NCBI GenBank assembly: GCA_050306135.1
Contig: JBNLGQ010000029.1
Coordinates: 128,585-192,584 of the forward strand
DNA: 64,000 nt
Direction: 5' to 3'
Source: Gammaproteobacteria bacterium
GTDB taxonomy: Bacteria; Pseudomonadota; Gammaproteobacteria; GCA-001735895
The number at the start of each line of letters is the position of its first letter. Within the stretch, counting starts at the first letter, position 1. The notes below the pieces were generated by a model. It was not told the origin of the DNA. It did not search any database and saw only the letters and a list, made by a program, of their open reading frames with translations. The position numbers and the translations under genes are program-made. Of this stretch, positions 48,732 to 58,108 are shown piece after piece.

Positions 48732-49786
48732 CAGACTGGCTCCACGGTAACGGGGCGAGGTTTAGCTTTTTTTGTAGGCTTTATACCTTCAGGCTTTTCC
48801 TGCTTGATACGTTTCTTGTAGTACTCTCTGTTAGAGCTAAATAATGCTATCGGGCCAAACTTGACTTGAATGACACCGTCATCAGGACAGAATTCAGCAC
48901 AGCGTCCGCATAAAGTGCAGTCATCGTGAAAGGCTTTGCTGCCTGATTGTTTCCAGATTTCCTGAATATCCATCGGGCAGGCCTTTGTACAGACGCCACA
49001 TTTTTCGCATTTCTCATGTTCTTTCTTTACCAGTCGTGTGGGCGATAGTTTCTGGAACAGAGCATTGAATGCGAGTAAGGGACAGATTCTACAAAATGGC
49101 TGACGCATGGTCATCGATAACACAACAATCGTGCCGAATAACAATGCACGTATAGATGAAAAAATGATATCAGCGATACCTGCGGTGTTAATGGTTAACT
49201 GTTCAAAGTTACCACTAGCTAATGTGGTAAGAACACGAGATGGACAGACCTGACAAAAGGCATCACCGGCAGCGTGCGGTGCTACGCCAAGTCCAGCGAC
49301 CAGGGGCAGGATAAAAACCAGTATGGCCAGCATTAACCATTTTATTGGACGTACATATCGCAGCTGATTTTGCGCAAGGCTGTGGTTTTTCTGTAGCCCA
49401 AAGAAGTGTGACATCTTGTACATCATTTCCTGAAAGGTACCCAGCGGGCAGATCCAGCCGCAGAACATCTTATTCAGAAAAACAAAAAATACATAAAATG
49501 ACAGAAAGGTGAACAGTAGAGGAATGACGACCTTGTAACTGAATTGCTGTATCTGTACTAATGCTTCTCCAACACGATGGTGCAATTGATGCTGGGTAGG
49601 TATCAGTACGCAATAACCTCCATTTAACTGATCGTAGGCACAGGAAAGAGCAGGCAGAGATCCTGAGATTTTTTCTGCAGAATAGTGACCTACAAGAAGG
49701 CCGCCATATACCAGAAAAAGAAAGGATAGAATTTGTACGACAAATCGTACACGGCCAAGAGTAGGTGCGCTTATGGATGAGCTCAT
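48731..49786 (-). CDS. Membrane 4Fe-4S protein (NapH/CcoG/NosR-like)
   Basis: FCGWICPLG, FCRICP, CEKCGVCTKACP and CTLCGRCAEFCP motifs. Confidence 0.85.
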   Translation of the reverse strand: MSSSISAPTLGRVRFVVQILSFLFLVYGGLLVGHYSAEKISGSLPALSCAYDQLNGGYCVLIPTQHQLHHRVGEALVQIQQFSYKVVIPLLFTFLSFYVFFVFLNKMFCGWICPLGTFQEMMYKMSHFFGLQKNHSLAQNQLRYVRPIKWLMLAILVFILPLVAGLGVAPHAAGDAFCQVCPSRVLTTLASGNFEQLTINTAGIADIIFSSIRALLFGTIVVLSMTMRQPFCRICPLLAFNALFQKLSPTRLVKKEHEKCEKCGVCTKACPMDIQEIWKQSGSKAFHDDCTLCGRCAEFCPDDGVIQVKFGPIALFSSNREYYKKRIKQEKPEGIKPTKKAKPRPVTVEPV

Positions 49787-50598
49787 GCTGACCTCCTTTT
49801 GAACAAAAAGATGCCGGTTATCAGGCTACCGCTAAAAGCCAGACCAATGGCCGGTAATACGGATTTATTGGTGAAAGCATCTTCGCCATATTTGTAATTA
49901 AAGGCTGACGTTTTATTATCATGCTCAACACTGAGGGCAAATTGGGCGGATTTTCTACCATGGCTTGCATGGCCCATGTCATGGCCTTTATGCTTTTCTG
50001 CGAAGGCTGCAAAATCATCTGGAAAACGGACAGAGACTATGCCATTAGCATCGCTGGTCATAGTGATGGTTGTGTCGTTACTGGTCTCTAGAATAACGGT
50101 AGCATCGGCCAGAGGTTTTCCCTGTGATAGCACGATAAAATCCCAGTTTTCATTGGCTCTAAATCGTTGGTGTTCGCGCGGTAGATTTACGGGCTTGATT
50201 TCCAGTGGCAGTTTGCTTTGCTTTAGCATCTGTCTTGGCGCCGGACCGGGGCTAGAAAAATAATGAACTGTACTTGCAAAGTGTAATCCTTCGCTATCAG
50301 CAGCAGTTAACCAGTGGTAATTACCCTGGTTTTTACCGCCGATTTTCATGCTAAAGCTGCCATCACCGGTTGCATTTAATTCATTCGCAATAGACTCGCC
50401 TTCTGATGCAGGAAAATCCTGCATCAAAACATTGCTCATATTGTGAGGGCGAAAAGCAGACTGAGCACGACGATCAGCACCCTTTATTCTCTCCGGGATA
50501 AGTATCGGAGCTGAGGTCCAGTTGACACTCGCCTGTAGCGGGATAGCCAGTGATGCAAGTACAGCCCAGACAGGAGCCAAATAAATCAGTCTTTTCAT
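49783..50598 (-). CDS. Periplasmic DUF4198-like protein with His-rich loop and C-terminal membrane anchor
   Basis: Signal peptide; LEIKP..F.V...GKPLADA.V..T.SDANG.V pattern; HKGHDMGHASH; terminal TM followed by KRR. Confidence 0.6.
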   Translation of the reverse strand: MKRLIYLAPVWAVLASLAIPLQASVNWTSAPILIPERIKGADRRAQSAFRPHNMSNVLMQDFPASEGESIANELNATGDGSFSMKIGGKNQGNYHWLTAADSEGLHFASTVHYFSSPGPAPRQMLKQSKLPLEIKPVNLPREHQRFRANENWDFIVLSQGKPLADATVILETSNDTTITMTSDANGIVSVRFPDDFAAFAEKHKGHDMGHASHGRKSAQFALSVEHDNKTSAFNYKYGEDAFTNKSVLPAIGLAFSGSLITGIFLFKRRSA

Positions 50599-52754
50599 GA
50601 TTTAGCTCCAAAGCTATAGGTGTAATTGAACAGGATGGATCGTGGTGCACCGGCCTGGTAGGATTTGTCACCTGAGGTGTCTTTGCTCACTTCTAATGCA
50701 TAGCGTTCGTCGGTCAGATTGCTCACGGTTAAATCGAACTTGTGCTGTTTCATGGCATAGCGCAGGTTAAAATCAGCAATCATTTTATTGTCCGTCCATT
50801 TTTCACTGTTGGCATTATCCATATAGTATTCACCATCTTTGCGTAGCTTAATCTGTGAAGAAAACCCTTCTGTGAATTGATATTCAACGAACATATTGGT
50901 TTGTTGACGGGGTATTAACGGTAGATAGTTTCCGCTACGATCCACATTGGAAACATTACGTCCAACTCTAACTTCTTCCTGGAAGTCATCATATTTATAG
51001 CTGGTGAAGTTTAACCCGGCGCCAAAAGTTAATTGTGCAGTAGCTGCATACTGACCTGAAAATTCCAGTCCCTGTTTACTGGTCTGACCGGCATTAACAT
51101 ATTGGCTTTCTCCATCAGGCTGACGAATTTGAATAACTTCATCCTTTCCAGTAATGTCATAAATGGAGGTATCGAAAGACCATCTTCCACTGCGGCCCTT
51201 TAAACCGATCTCGATATTTGTATTGCTGGATTTGTTTAGATCAGGGTTGCTATTGAGTTCGCTGTCTGCAGGTATTTGATCGGCTGTGGCAAGTGAAATA
51301 AAGGTATTAATCTCTTTAGTTAGTTCATAACTTACACCTACACTGGCTGAGCCAAGGGTTAGGTCGTGGGTGTTATGGGTCTCGCCAGCGCCGGTATCAT
51401 AATTACCTGTGCTGTAGTTGTAGGCGATGATCTCATTTTCATCAATAGTGAGTTTGACGTCATCCACGCGAGCTGTTAAATCCATACTGACTCGGTCAGT
51501 CAGGTTCAGGTGTTCTGAAGCGAAAAGACCCAGCAGTGTTCCTTTGGTGCTGCTTATTTGTGCCAGCTCGCCTTTATCATCTGAAAGTGTAGAAACGATA
51601 CGACCTGAAGGGATGGTTTGAACATCGGCATAGGTATACTTTTCAGCATCCTTGGTAGTATTAACCCGATAAGCAATACCAAAAACCGTATTGGCATCTC
51701 GTCCGCCTATCTGGTGTTCATTCTGAACGGCAATCTCTGCGCCCAGCATGTTGGGTGGATTACCGGAGTTGTCATTGATGAATCCGGTAACAGGGTGGTA
51801 ATGGTGATACTGGCTGTAATACAGCTTGGGTTCCAGCATATAATCACCCATCTCGATTTCTGCCTTGGTGTTAAAGAAAACATTCTCGGAATAGCGACCG
51901 GTATGTTTGAAGATGCTATCTACGTCATTCTGTTCACCCGTACGCTTGTATTCTTCCCACATGGCTTCGTCCATTCCGCCTGATAATTCCATATCAATTT
52001 TTGCAAAACCGAGCTCGGTTTCCAGCACATTATCTTCACCAAACTCAAGACCATGTTTAATGCTCAGGTGATCACTGGACTGTTCATTACGTTTGCGCCA
52101 GCTGTTCTTTAATTCACGATGACTAAAGGTGACTGACATAGCCTGGTTTTCGTTGATGTCTCCCCCCGTTCTTAAGTGCAGGTCACTACCATCATCATCG
52201 TTGATACCAATCTTTATGCGGCCTTTATCCTGATCGAAAACAGATTTTGTGATGATATGAATGGTGCCGCCTGCAGAGCCCGAAGCATACATATTGCCGG
52301 GACCACGGGTGACTTCTAAACGTTCAATGTCCTGACCATCGATAGTGTCCAGGCGGGTAAAGCTATCGGGCTCTGTAAGAGGGATGCCATCGCGTAGTAC
52401 CATAATTTCTCGTATGCCATATCTTGCTTTCAGTCCTGCACCACGAATAATCAGCTTGGCACTACTTAAACCATTTTTTGAGTAGGTAACAACACCGGGA
52501 ATATCCTGTAATGCATCACTGATGGAGTTCATCTTCAGCTGGTCGAGTTTTTCTTCACCCATACTGGAAATAGCCGAAGGCACCGACTTGCTTTCACGCT
52601 CGGATCTTGTTGCGGTAATGGTTACTTCATCAAGTACATCTCCTCCAGCGGTTTCAGCATAACTGGGCAAAGGAATGAGTGAAGACAAAAAAAGAAAATA
52701 TGCAGAGGTGAGGTAATGCCCTGATTTCCGATTGATACAGAATGGATCTTTCAT
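50595..52754 (-). CDS. TonB-dependent receptor
   Basis: TonB box DEVTITATR, plug motifs IRGAG and IERLEVTRGP...GSAGGTI, C-terminal NLTDERY...GAPRS. Confidence 0.93.
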   Translation of the reverse strand: MKDPFCINRKSGHYLTSAYFLFLSSLIPLPSYAETAGGDVLDEVTITATRSERESKSVPSAISSMGEEKLDQLKMNSISDALQDIPGVVTYSKNGLSSAKLIIRGAGLKARYGIREIMVLRDGIPLTEPDSFTRLDTIDGQDIERLEVTRGPGNMYASGSAGGTIHIITKSVFDQDKGRIKIGINDDDGSDLHLRTGGDINENQAMSVTFSHRELKNSWRKRNEQSSDHLSIKHGLEFGEDNVLETELGFAKIDMELSGGMDEAMWEEYKRTGEQNDVDSIFKHTGRYSENVFFNTKAEIEMGDYMLEPKLYYSQYHHYHPVTGFINDNSGNPPNMLGAEIAVQNEHQIGGRDANTVFGIAYRVNTTKDAEKYTYADVQTIPSGRIVSTLSDDKGELAQISSTKGTLLGLFASEHLNLTDRVSMDLTARVDDVKLTIDENEIIAYNYSTGNYDTGAGETHNTHDLTLGSASVGVSYELTKEINTFISLATADQIPADSELNSNPDLNKSSNTNIEIGLKGRSGRWSFDTSIYDITGKDEVIQIRQPDGESQYVNAGQTSKQGLEFSGQYAATAQLTFGAGLNFTSYKYDDFQEEVRVGRNVSNVDRSGNYLPLIPRQQTNMFVEYQFTEGFSSQIKLRKDGEYYMDNANSEKWTDNKMIADFNLRYAMKQHKFDLTVSNLTDERYALEVSKDTSGDKSYQAGAPRSILFNYTYSFGAKS

Positions 52755-52827
52755 TTGGTACAGCCCTATAGTTTGTAATGATTATTAAATGATGGGCGAA
52801 TAGTAAATTGGAAGAATAATTCTGAAA

Positions 52828-52857
52828 GAGGCAAATTGTCGCGCGACAATATGTCAC
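52828..52857. promoter_or_regulatory. Two abutting RegA/RegR-type boxes
   Basis: GAGGCAAATTGTCGC + GCGACAATATGTCAC, together forming the perfect palindrome ATTGTCGCGCGACAAT at 52835-52850. Confidence 0.5.
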
Positions 52858-53116
52858 AGGGGAATAACTGTATTACTGATACGAAAAACACGTAATGATG
52901 TAGAGGGGGCTAGCGTATTTTCAGAGATCGGTTAACTGATCAGGGTGAGGTAGGTAATAAATAGAAATTGCATGTTCAACTCTATTTAGAGTTCTCAGAT
53001 AGGGGATCTGTACCCCCGACTTTAGGCGATGGATGCTTGGGAGGGGGCGTGTGATATTCTAAATAAATGGAAAATACTAATACCTGGGGCTACAGGTTCA
53101 GGCTTCAAAAAAATAG

Positions 53117-54025
53117 TTATTTTACCCCCTCTCCATATATCAGGGGCTTGCGCATCAGATACCAGGCGTCTGAGTAGGGAACGGTTCCATTATCTCGAAT
53201 GATTTGCTTGCCTTTTTTTGAGGATGCGAATTTTACGAATTCTTTAACCTTGTTATTTGATTTTGCACCGGTAACCAGATAAAGAGGGCGATAAAAAACA
53301 TAATTACCCGACTTAACATTTTCATAGGTAGGCACATAATTATCGATACCGATGATTTTCACATCACGTTTTCTGGCACTACTGACTCCTGTAATGGCGA
53401 TGGCATCAGGGTCTACTTCAACCGCTTTTTCGATGGGACCGGATGATTTCTTGATATATTCTTTCCTGGTCACAAAGTCAAAATCGCCAGCCTTAAAAAT
53501 ATACTGTCGAATGGCATACCCCACACCGGAAATTTTACCCTTTCGAATATAAAGATGGATGGGTTTATCTAAACCGCCAAGCTGCTTCCAGTTGGTGATT
53601 TCTCCACTATAAACCTTACTAATCTCTTCTGAAGTAATATTACTTACTGGATTATCTTTGTGCAGAATAACAGCTAATGCATCCCAGGCTACTGGATGAA
53701 GTGTTACATAGCTTTCAATACTATCAGACAGGGGCAGGGTCATTCTACAGGTACCGCCCATCATGACTAATCCCTTAGCGGTATCTCTTATACCTCTAGT
53801 TGCACCGCCACCTTCTATGTGAATTTTAATCCCGGTCTCGTTTTCAAAACCCTGAGCAAGTTCTTTCATAAAAGACTTTTGAGTGATGCCGCAACCAGCC
53901 CATGTAAGCACGGAGTCGTCGATTTCAGTGAGGGCTAGTACCTGTCTGGGCTGCAATAGCAAGATTGCAGTAATCAGAGCGATTGATTTCAAAATGACGA
54001 AGTGGGCAGGTTTTTTAGTAGCCAT
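53117..54025 (-). CDS. PstS-like periplasmic binding protein (orphan)
   Basis: Signal peptide; GGGATRGI, VAWDALAVILHKDNPV, ITNWKQLGG and RPLYLV motifs. Confidence 0.8.
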   Translation of the reverse strand: MATKKPAHFVILKSIALITAILLLQPRQVLALTEIDDSVLTWAGCGITQKSFMKELAQGFENETGIKIHIEGGGATRGIRDTAKGLVMMGGTCRMTLPLSDSIESYVTLHPVAWDALAVILHKDNPVSNITSEEISKVYSGEITNWKQLGGLDKPIHLYIRKGKISGVGYAIRQYIFKAGDFDFVTRKEYIKKSSGPIEKAVEVDPDAIAITGVSSARKRDVKIIGIDNYVPTYENVKSGNYVFYRPLYLVTGAKSNNKVKEFVKFASSKKGKQIIRDNGTVPYSDAWYLMRKPLIYGEGVK

Positions 54026-54243
54026 AATACTTAGCTTAATTTTTTCTCAGGGAATAAATTCCCAAAGGTATAGCGGTTACCGTTATCATTTAATTAATTT
54101 ATTCATTAAAGGTCAAATTTCCAGACGAGTGGTTAAGTACACATAATGCTGCATACTGTTTAACACCTTCTGTGCATGAAAGCATTTTGTGTGCAATATA
54201 GTGCGTTCCGATCAGGGTCCCCCTCGGAAACTGTTAACTTGTG

Positions 54244-54732
54244 TCAGCAGTTTCTGAGGATTTCCCTGGTCAATTCTTCAAGTTGATTCTGATTGAAAAC
54301 CTTGATGCCATGCCTCTCAAGTAAAGCAGCGGTAACCCCCTTACCGGGTATTTTTATGCCTTTAAATTCTCCATTATGGATGCTATTGCTGCCGCAGGAG
54401 GGACTGGATTCGGTTAACAGGGCAATACGAATGTCGTGCTGTTTACAACATTGAAGTGCTAACTCTGCACCGCGTATAAAGTCTTCTGTGACATCAATGT
54501 CATCGCTATTGATTACCCGGGAGTTGCCAGCTAATACCTCATCACCATTACCCCTGATAATCTCAGCAGGAGCCCTTGGTGTTGCTAGCCCGCCCGAAAC
54601 TTCGGGACAAAAAGGAATTATCTCAACTCGGGCCTGAATATCCCTGAATAGCTGTGAGCAGATCGCAAGATCACTACCGTTGTATCTCACTTTCTGCCCC
54701 ATCAGACAGGAGCTGACCATGATTTTTATCAT
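54244..54732 (-). CDS. DUF523 family protein (TudS/2-thiouracil desulfidase-like)
   Basis: SSCLMG..VRY.G, CPEV.GGL.TPR and SPSCG motifs. Confidence 0.88.
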   Translation of the reverse strand: MIKIMVSSCLMGQKVRYNGSDLAICSQLFRDIQARVEIIPFCPEVSGGLATPRAPAEIIRGNGDEVLAGNSRVINSDDIDVTEDFIRGAELALQCCKQHDIRIALLTESSPSCGSNSIHNGEFKGIKIPGKGVTAALLERHGIKVFNQNQLEELTREILRNC

Positions 54733-54769
54733 GCATCCGACCTCATTAATTGAAGGCGTATTTTGACGC

Positions 54770-55366
54770 CTATTGCATGCCCGTGTAACGGGGATGGTTT
54801 TGTATGCGGGCTATCCAGTCATTAATTTCCGGGTATGCCGCCAGATCAAAACCTCCTTCATCTGCCACATGGGTGTAGCCATACAGAGAAATGTCCGCAA
54901 TGCTGAGCTGATCACCAACCAGAAAGGGAGACTTCTGTAACTGTTGTTGCATCACTTTAAGTGCTTTGTGTCCGCCTGCCTGTAGCGATTCGTATTCTGC
55001 GCGTCTATCTTCGGGGAGCCCCAGATACCTGGCAATGAAACGGGCGACTGCGATATAGGGTTCATGGCTATACTGCTCAAAGAACTGCCACTGTAATACT
55101 TTGGCACGTAAGAATGGGTCAGCAGGTAGCAGCTCGCTACCTTCGGCTAGATAGTTAAGGATGGCATTAGATTCTGCAAGAAGGCGGCCATCGTCAAGCT
55201 CAAGCAAGGGGATCTGACCACTAGGGTTTTTAAGCAGAAATTCTTCGGTTTTTGATTCACCCTTTAAAATATCGACCACTATCCATTGATGATCGATAGC
55301 TAACAAAGATGCTGCCAGCTTTATCTTGTAACAGTTACCCGACTGAATATCGCCGTAAATTTTCAT
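54770..55366 (-). CDS. Glutathione S-transferase
   Basis: SGNCYK, NPSGQIP, ESNAIL and SIADISLYGY motifs. Confidence 0.93.
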   Translation of the reverse strand: MKIYGDIQSGNCYKIKLAASLLAIDHQWIVVDILKGESKTEEFLLKNPSGQIPLLELDDGRLLAESNAILNYLAEGSELLPADPFLRAKVLQWQFFEQYSHEPYIAVARFIARYLGLPEDRRAEYESLQAGGHKALKVMQQQLQKSPFLVGDQLSIADISLYGYTHVADEGGFDLAAYPEINDWIARIQNHPRYTGMQ

Positions 55367-55559
55367 ACTAAAGTGGACTCGTCTGTTTTCAAATTTGATT
55401 TATATTAGGGGATAAAATACTGAATGAAAACTACGATAAAAAATAAGCAAATAGATGAATAAATAGATAAAAGGGGAACTTTGCTATCGCCGCCAGGCCA
55501 TTAAACCATCCTTTATATCGAATCAAATAAAGGTATACTGCTCGTTTTTTTCATAGCCC

Positions 55560-57188
55560 ATGTCACAGTCGTCTTCTATCCGTATCGCACTAGCGCAAAT
55601 GAATCCCAAGGTCGGGGATATCCAGGGCAATTTGCAGAAAGTCCTGTCAATGGCAAAACAGGCATGTGAGCAGCATAACGCAGATGTAGTGTTATTTCCT
55701 GAGTTGGCTTTAACCGGTTATCCCCCTGAAGATCTTCTGTTACGTCCGCAGTTTATATATCAGGCGGAAGAGGCTGTTCAGCAATTGCAGCAGGCTTTAA
55801 GCGATGTGAGTCTAGTGATAGGAACCATTCATCAGATAGATGGACGTTTATACAATAGTGCACTGTTTTTACAGCCGGGTCAGCCCGCCGTCTTTTACCA
55901 TAAGCATAAACTGCCTAACTACGGTGTTTTTGACGAGCAGCGTTATTTTACAGCCGGTGATCAACCTTGTGTGGTTGATATCAAAGGTATCAAGCTGGGT
56001 ATCACTGTGTGTGAGGATATCTGGTTTTCTGAACCGGCAAGATTGTCAGTTCAGGCCGGGGCGGAAATCATTGTTAACCTGAATGCTTCCCCTTTTCATG
56101 CGAGCAAAACAGCTGAACGTGTTCAACAGGTAAACCAGCGTGTGACGGAAAATGCAGTGCCAGTGTGTTATGTGAATATGGTAGGTGGTCAGGATGAGCT
56201 GGTTTTTGATGGTCATAGTTTTGTTATCGATGCCAACAACCAGCTTATTGTTGAAGGTGAAGGGTTTACAGAGTCTTTAATGGCGATTGAATTTAACCAG
56301 GCGTTAGGCATCAAAGCTATTACAGAATCCTGTCCCGAGCAGGCAGAGTTGGCACAGCTTTATCAGGCACTGGTGCTGGCAACCAGAGATTACGTAGTTA
56401 AAAATGGCTTTAAAAAAGTGGTACTTGGCCTGTCAGGAGGGATCGATTCAGCAATGGTACTGGCTATTGCAGTCGATGCACTGGGCACTGATGCAGTACA
56501 GGCGATTATGATGCCCTACCACTATACCTCTGATATGAGTGTGTCAGATGCGGCTGAACAGGCTCGTATGCTGGGTGTGACCTATTCTGAGATAGCTATT
56601 GCTAAACCGGTTCAGGCATTTATGGATGTGCTGGAGAGTGAGTTTAGTGGCCTGCAGAATGATGTCACCGAAGAAAATCTGCAGGCGCGTAGTCGTGGTG
56701 TGATTTTGATGGCTGTATCCAATAAGAAAGGCGCCATGCTGTTAACCACAGGCAATAAAAGTGAGATGTCGGTGGGCTATGCCACCCTGTATGGAGATAT
56801 GGCGGGTGGTTTTGCACCCCTGAAGGATGTATCCAAATTAAGGGTATTTGCTTTAGCGGAGTATAGAAACAGTTTGAGTCCCGCGATTCCTCAAAGGGTG
56901 ATAGATAGACCGCCTTCAGCTGAACTGGCCCCGGATCAGAAAGATGAAGATTCCTTACCGCCTTATGAAATCCTTGATCCGATATTACAGAAGTACATTG
57001 AGCAGGATTTATCGGTGGATGAGATCATCGCACAGGGCTATGACGCAGATATGGTGAAGAGAGTTGCCTGGCTGGTGGATATGAATGAGTACAAGCGTCG
57101 CCAGTCACCACCGGGAGTGAGAGTCACTCAGCGTGCTTTTGGTAAAGAACGCCGATATCCGATAACTTCTGGCTTCAAGCGCGTTTGA
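55560..57188 (+). CDS. nadE: Glutamine-dependent NAD+ synthetase
   Basis: Nitrilase domain (FPEL..GY, K..LPNY..FDE, CEDIW) plus GLSGGIDS, GNKSE and PPSAEL motifs. Confidence 0.96.
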   Translation: MSQSSSIRIALAQMNPKVGDIQGNLQKVLSMAKQACEQHNADVVLFPELALTGYPPEDLLLRPQFIYQAEEAVQQLQQALSDVSLVIGTIHQIDGRLYNSALFLQPGQPAVFYHKHKLPNYGVFDEQRYFTAGDQPCVVDIKGIKLGITVCEDIWFSEPARLSVQAGAEIIVNLNASPFHASKTAERVQQVNQRVTENAVPVCYVNMVGGQDELVFDGHSFVIDANNQLIVEGEGFTESLMAIEFNQALGIKAITESCPEQAELAQLYQALVLATRDYVVKNGFKKVVLGLSGGIDSAMVLAIAVDALGTDAVQAIMMPYHYTSDMSVSDAAEQARMLGVTYSEIAIAKPVQAFMDVLESEFSGLQNDVTEENLQARSRGVILMAVSNKKGAMLLTTGNKSEMSVGYATLYGDMAGGFAPLKDVSKLRVFALAEYRNSLSPAIPQRVIDRPPSAELAPDQKDEDSLPPYEILDPILQKYIEQDLSVDEIIAQGYDADMVKRVAWLVDMNEYKRRQSPPGVRVTQRAFGKERRYPITSGFKRV

Positions 57189-57196
57189 ATGAGTTA

Positions 57197-57406
57197 ACCA
57201 CGAAGGTCACGAAGAACACGAAGATTTTTTTGGTGGGGGATGGGTTGTTGATTGGTGGCTTGCTGGCGCTGCGGTGGGTAGTTGGGGGCTGGAAAGGCTT
57301 TTTAACCACGGAGCACACAGAGAACACAGAGAAGAAAATCTTTTTTAATCTTCGTGCCTTTCGTGGTTTACATCACAAACCTCTGCGTACTCTGTGCCTC
57401 CGTGGT
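57197..57406. repeat. Two interleaved family-A palindromes (A-B-A'-B')
   Basis: A accacgaaggtcacgaag (57197) pairs with A' 57347-57367; B accacggagcacacagagaacacagag (57305) pairs with B' 57381-57406. Confidence 0.8.
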
Positions 57407-57470
57407 GAAACTCACGCAATCATAGCTATCTATTGTATCGTTCATGATGTTTGCAGAATCCTGTTGGCAT

Positions 57471-57498
57471 AAAAAAACCGGCTTAGAGCCGGTTTTTT
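57471..57498. terminator. Bidirectional rho-independent terminator
   Basis: aaaaaaaccggc-ttaga-gccggtttttt downstream of rpmG. Confidence 0.88.
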
Positions 57499-57516
57499 CT
57501 TTGCAGAGAAAGCAGA

Positions 57517-57672
57517 TTATTTAATCTTGGCTTCCTTGTACTCCACGTGCTTGCGCACAACTGGGTCATATTTTTTCATGACCATCTTGTCAGGAGTGTT
57601 TTTCTTGTTCTTGTCGGTAGTGTAGTAATGACCAGTACCAGCAGTTGAAACCAGTTTGATTTTATCTCTCAT
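57517..57672 (-). CDS. rpmG: 50S ribosomal protein L33 (not in the ORF track)
   Basis: Hand translation [51 protein letters not shown]; Cys-free, non-zinc type. Confidence 0.97.
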   Translation of the reverse strand: MRDKIKLVSTAGTGHYYTTDKNKKNTPDKMVMKKYDPVVRKHVEYKEAKIK

Positions 57673-57679
57673 AAGTCAC

Positions 57680-57916
57680 CTATACCTTTTCGCCGCGCTT
57701 GCGCATATCCGCAAGTACTGCTTCGATACCGTTTTTATCGATAATTCGCATGCCTTTTGTAGAAAGACGCAGTTTTACCCAGCGATTTTCAGCTTCTACC
57801 CAGAACTTATGGGTATGCAAATTTGGTAAGAAGCGGCGGCGCGTCTTATTGTGTGCATGTGATACATTGTTTCCAGTAACAGGTTTCTTGCCTGTAACTT
57901 GACATACCCGGGACAT
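57680..57916 (-). CDS. rpmB: 50S ribosomal protein L28
   Basis: [33 protein letters not shown]. Confidence 0.98.
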   Translation of the reverse strand: MSRVCQVTGKKPVTGNNVSHAHNKTRRRFLPNLHTHKFWVEAENRWVKLRLSTKGMRIIDKNGIEAVLADMRKRGEKV

Positions 57917-57948
57917 GGTCTACTCCGAATGATTGGTCAATTGCGTAA

Positions 57949-57985
57949 GGCCGCGCACTCTACCAGATCAAAAGGGAGGATTCAA
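57949..57985 (-). promoter_or_regulatory. Sigma-70 promoter of rpmBG with GC-rich discriminator
   Basis: Minus strand TTGAAT-N17-TAGAGT followed by GCGCGGCC. Confidence 0.7.
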
Positions 57986-58108
57986 GCCGCTTTTTAGATT
58001 CATTGGGTAACAGAAATTGCTTTGGGTAGCCTGTGTTAGTTTTCTTTGTAATATTCATTTAATGATGAATGAAATCAAGCAATAATAAGGGTAACTGAAA
58101 ACTAGAAG

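Noticed and set aside
52770-52795. Fur box before the TBDR
   Set aside because: Best alignment by hand is only about 11/19 to GATAATGATAATCATTATC in an AT-rich region
52755-53116. Cobalamin or Moco riboswitch in the long TBDR leader
   Set aside because: No B12-box or other conserved riboswitch core recognized on the minus strand; an Infernal/Rfam scan would be decisive
55475-55505. sigmaE-like GGAACTT upstream of nadE
   Set aside because: No matching -10 (TCAAA/TCTGA) at 16-nt spacing
57185-57472. 95-aa ORF (LTTKVTKNTK...TTEHTENTE)
   Set aside because: It is the translation of the family-A repeat arms; no protein features of its own
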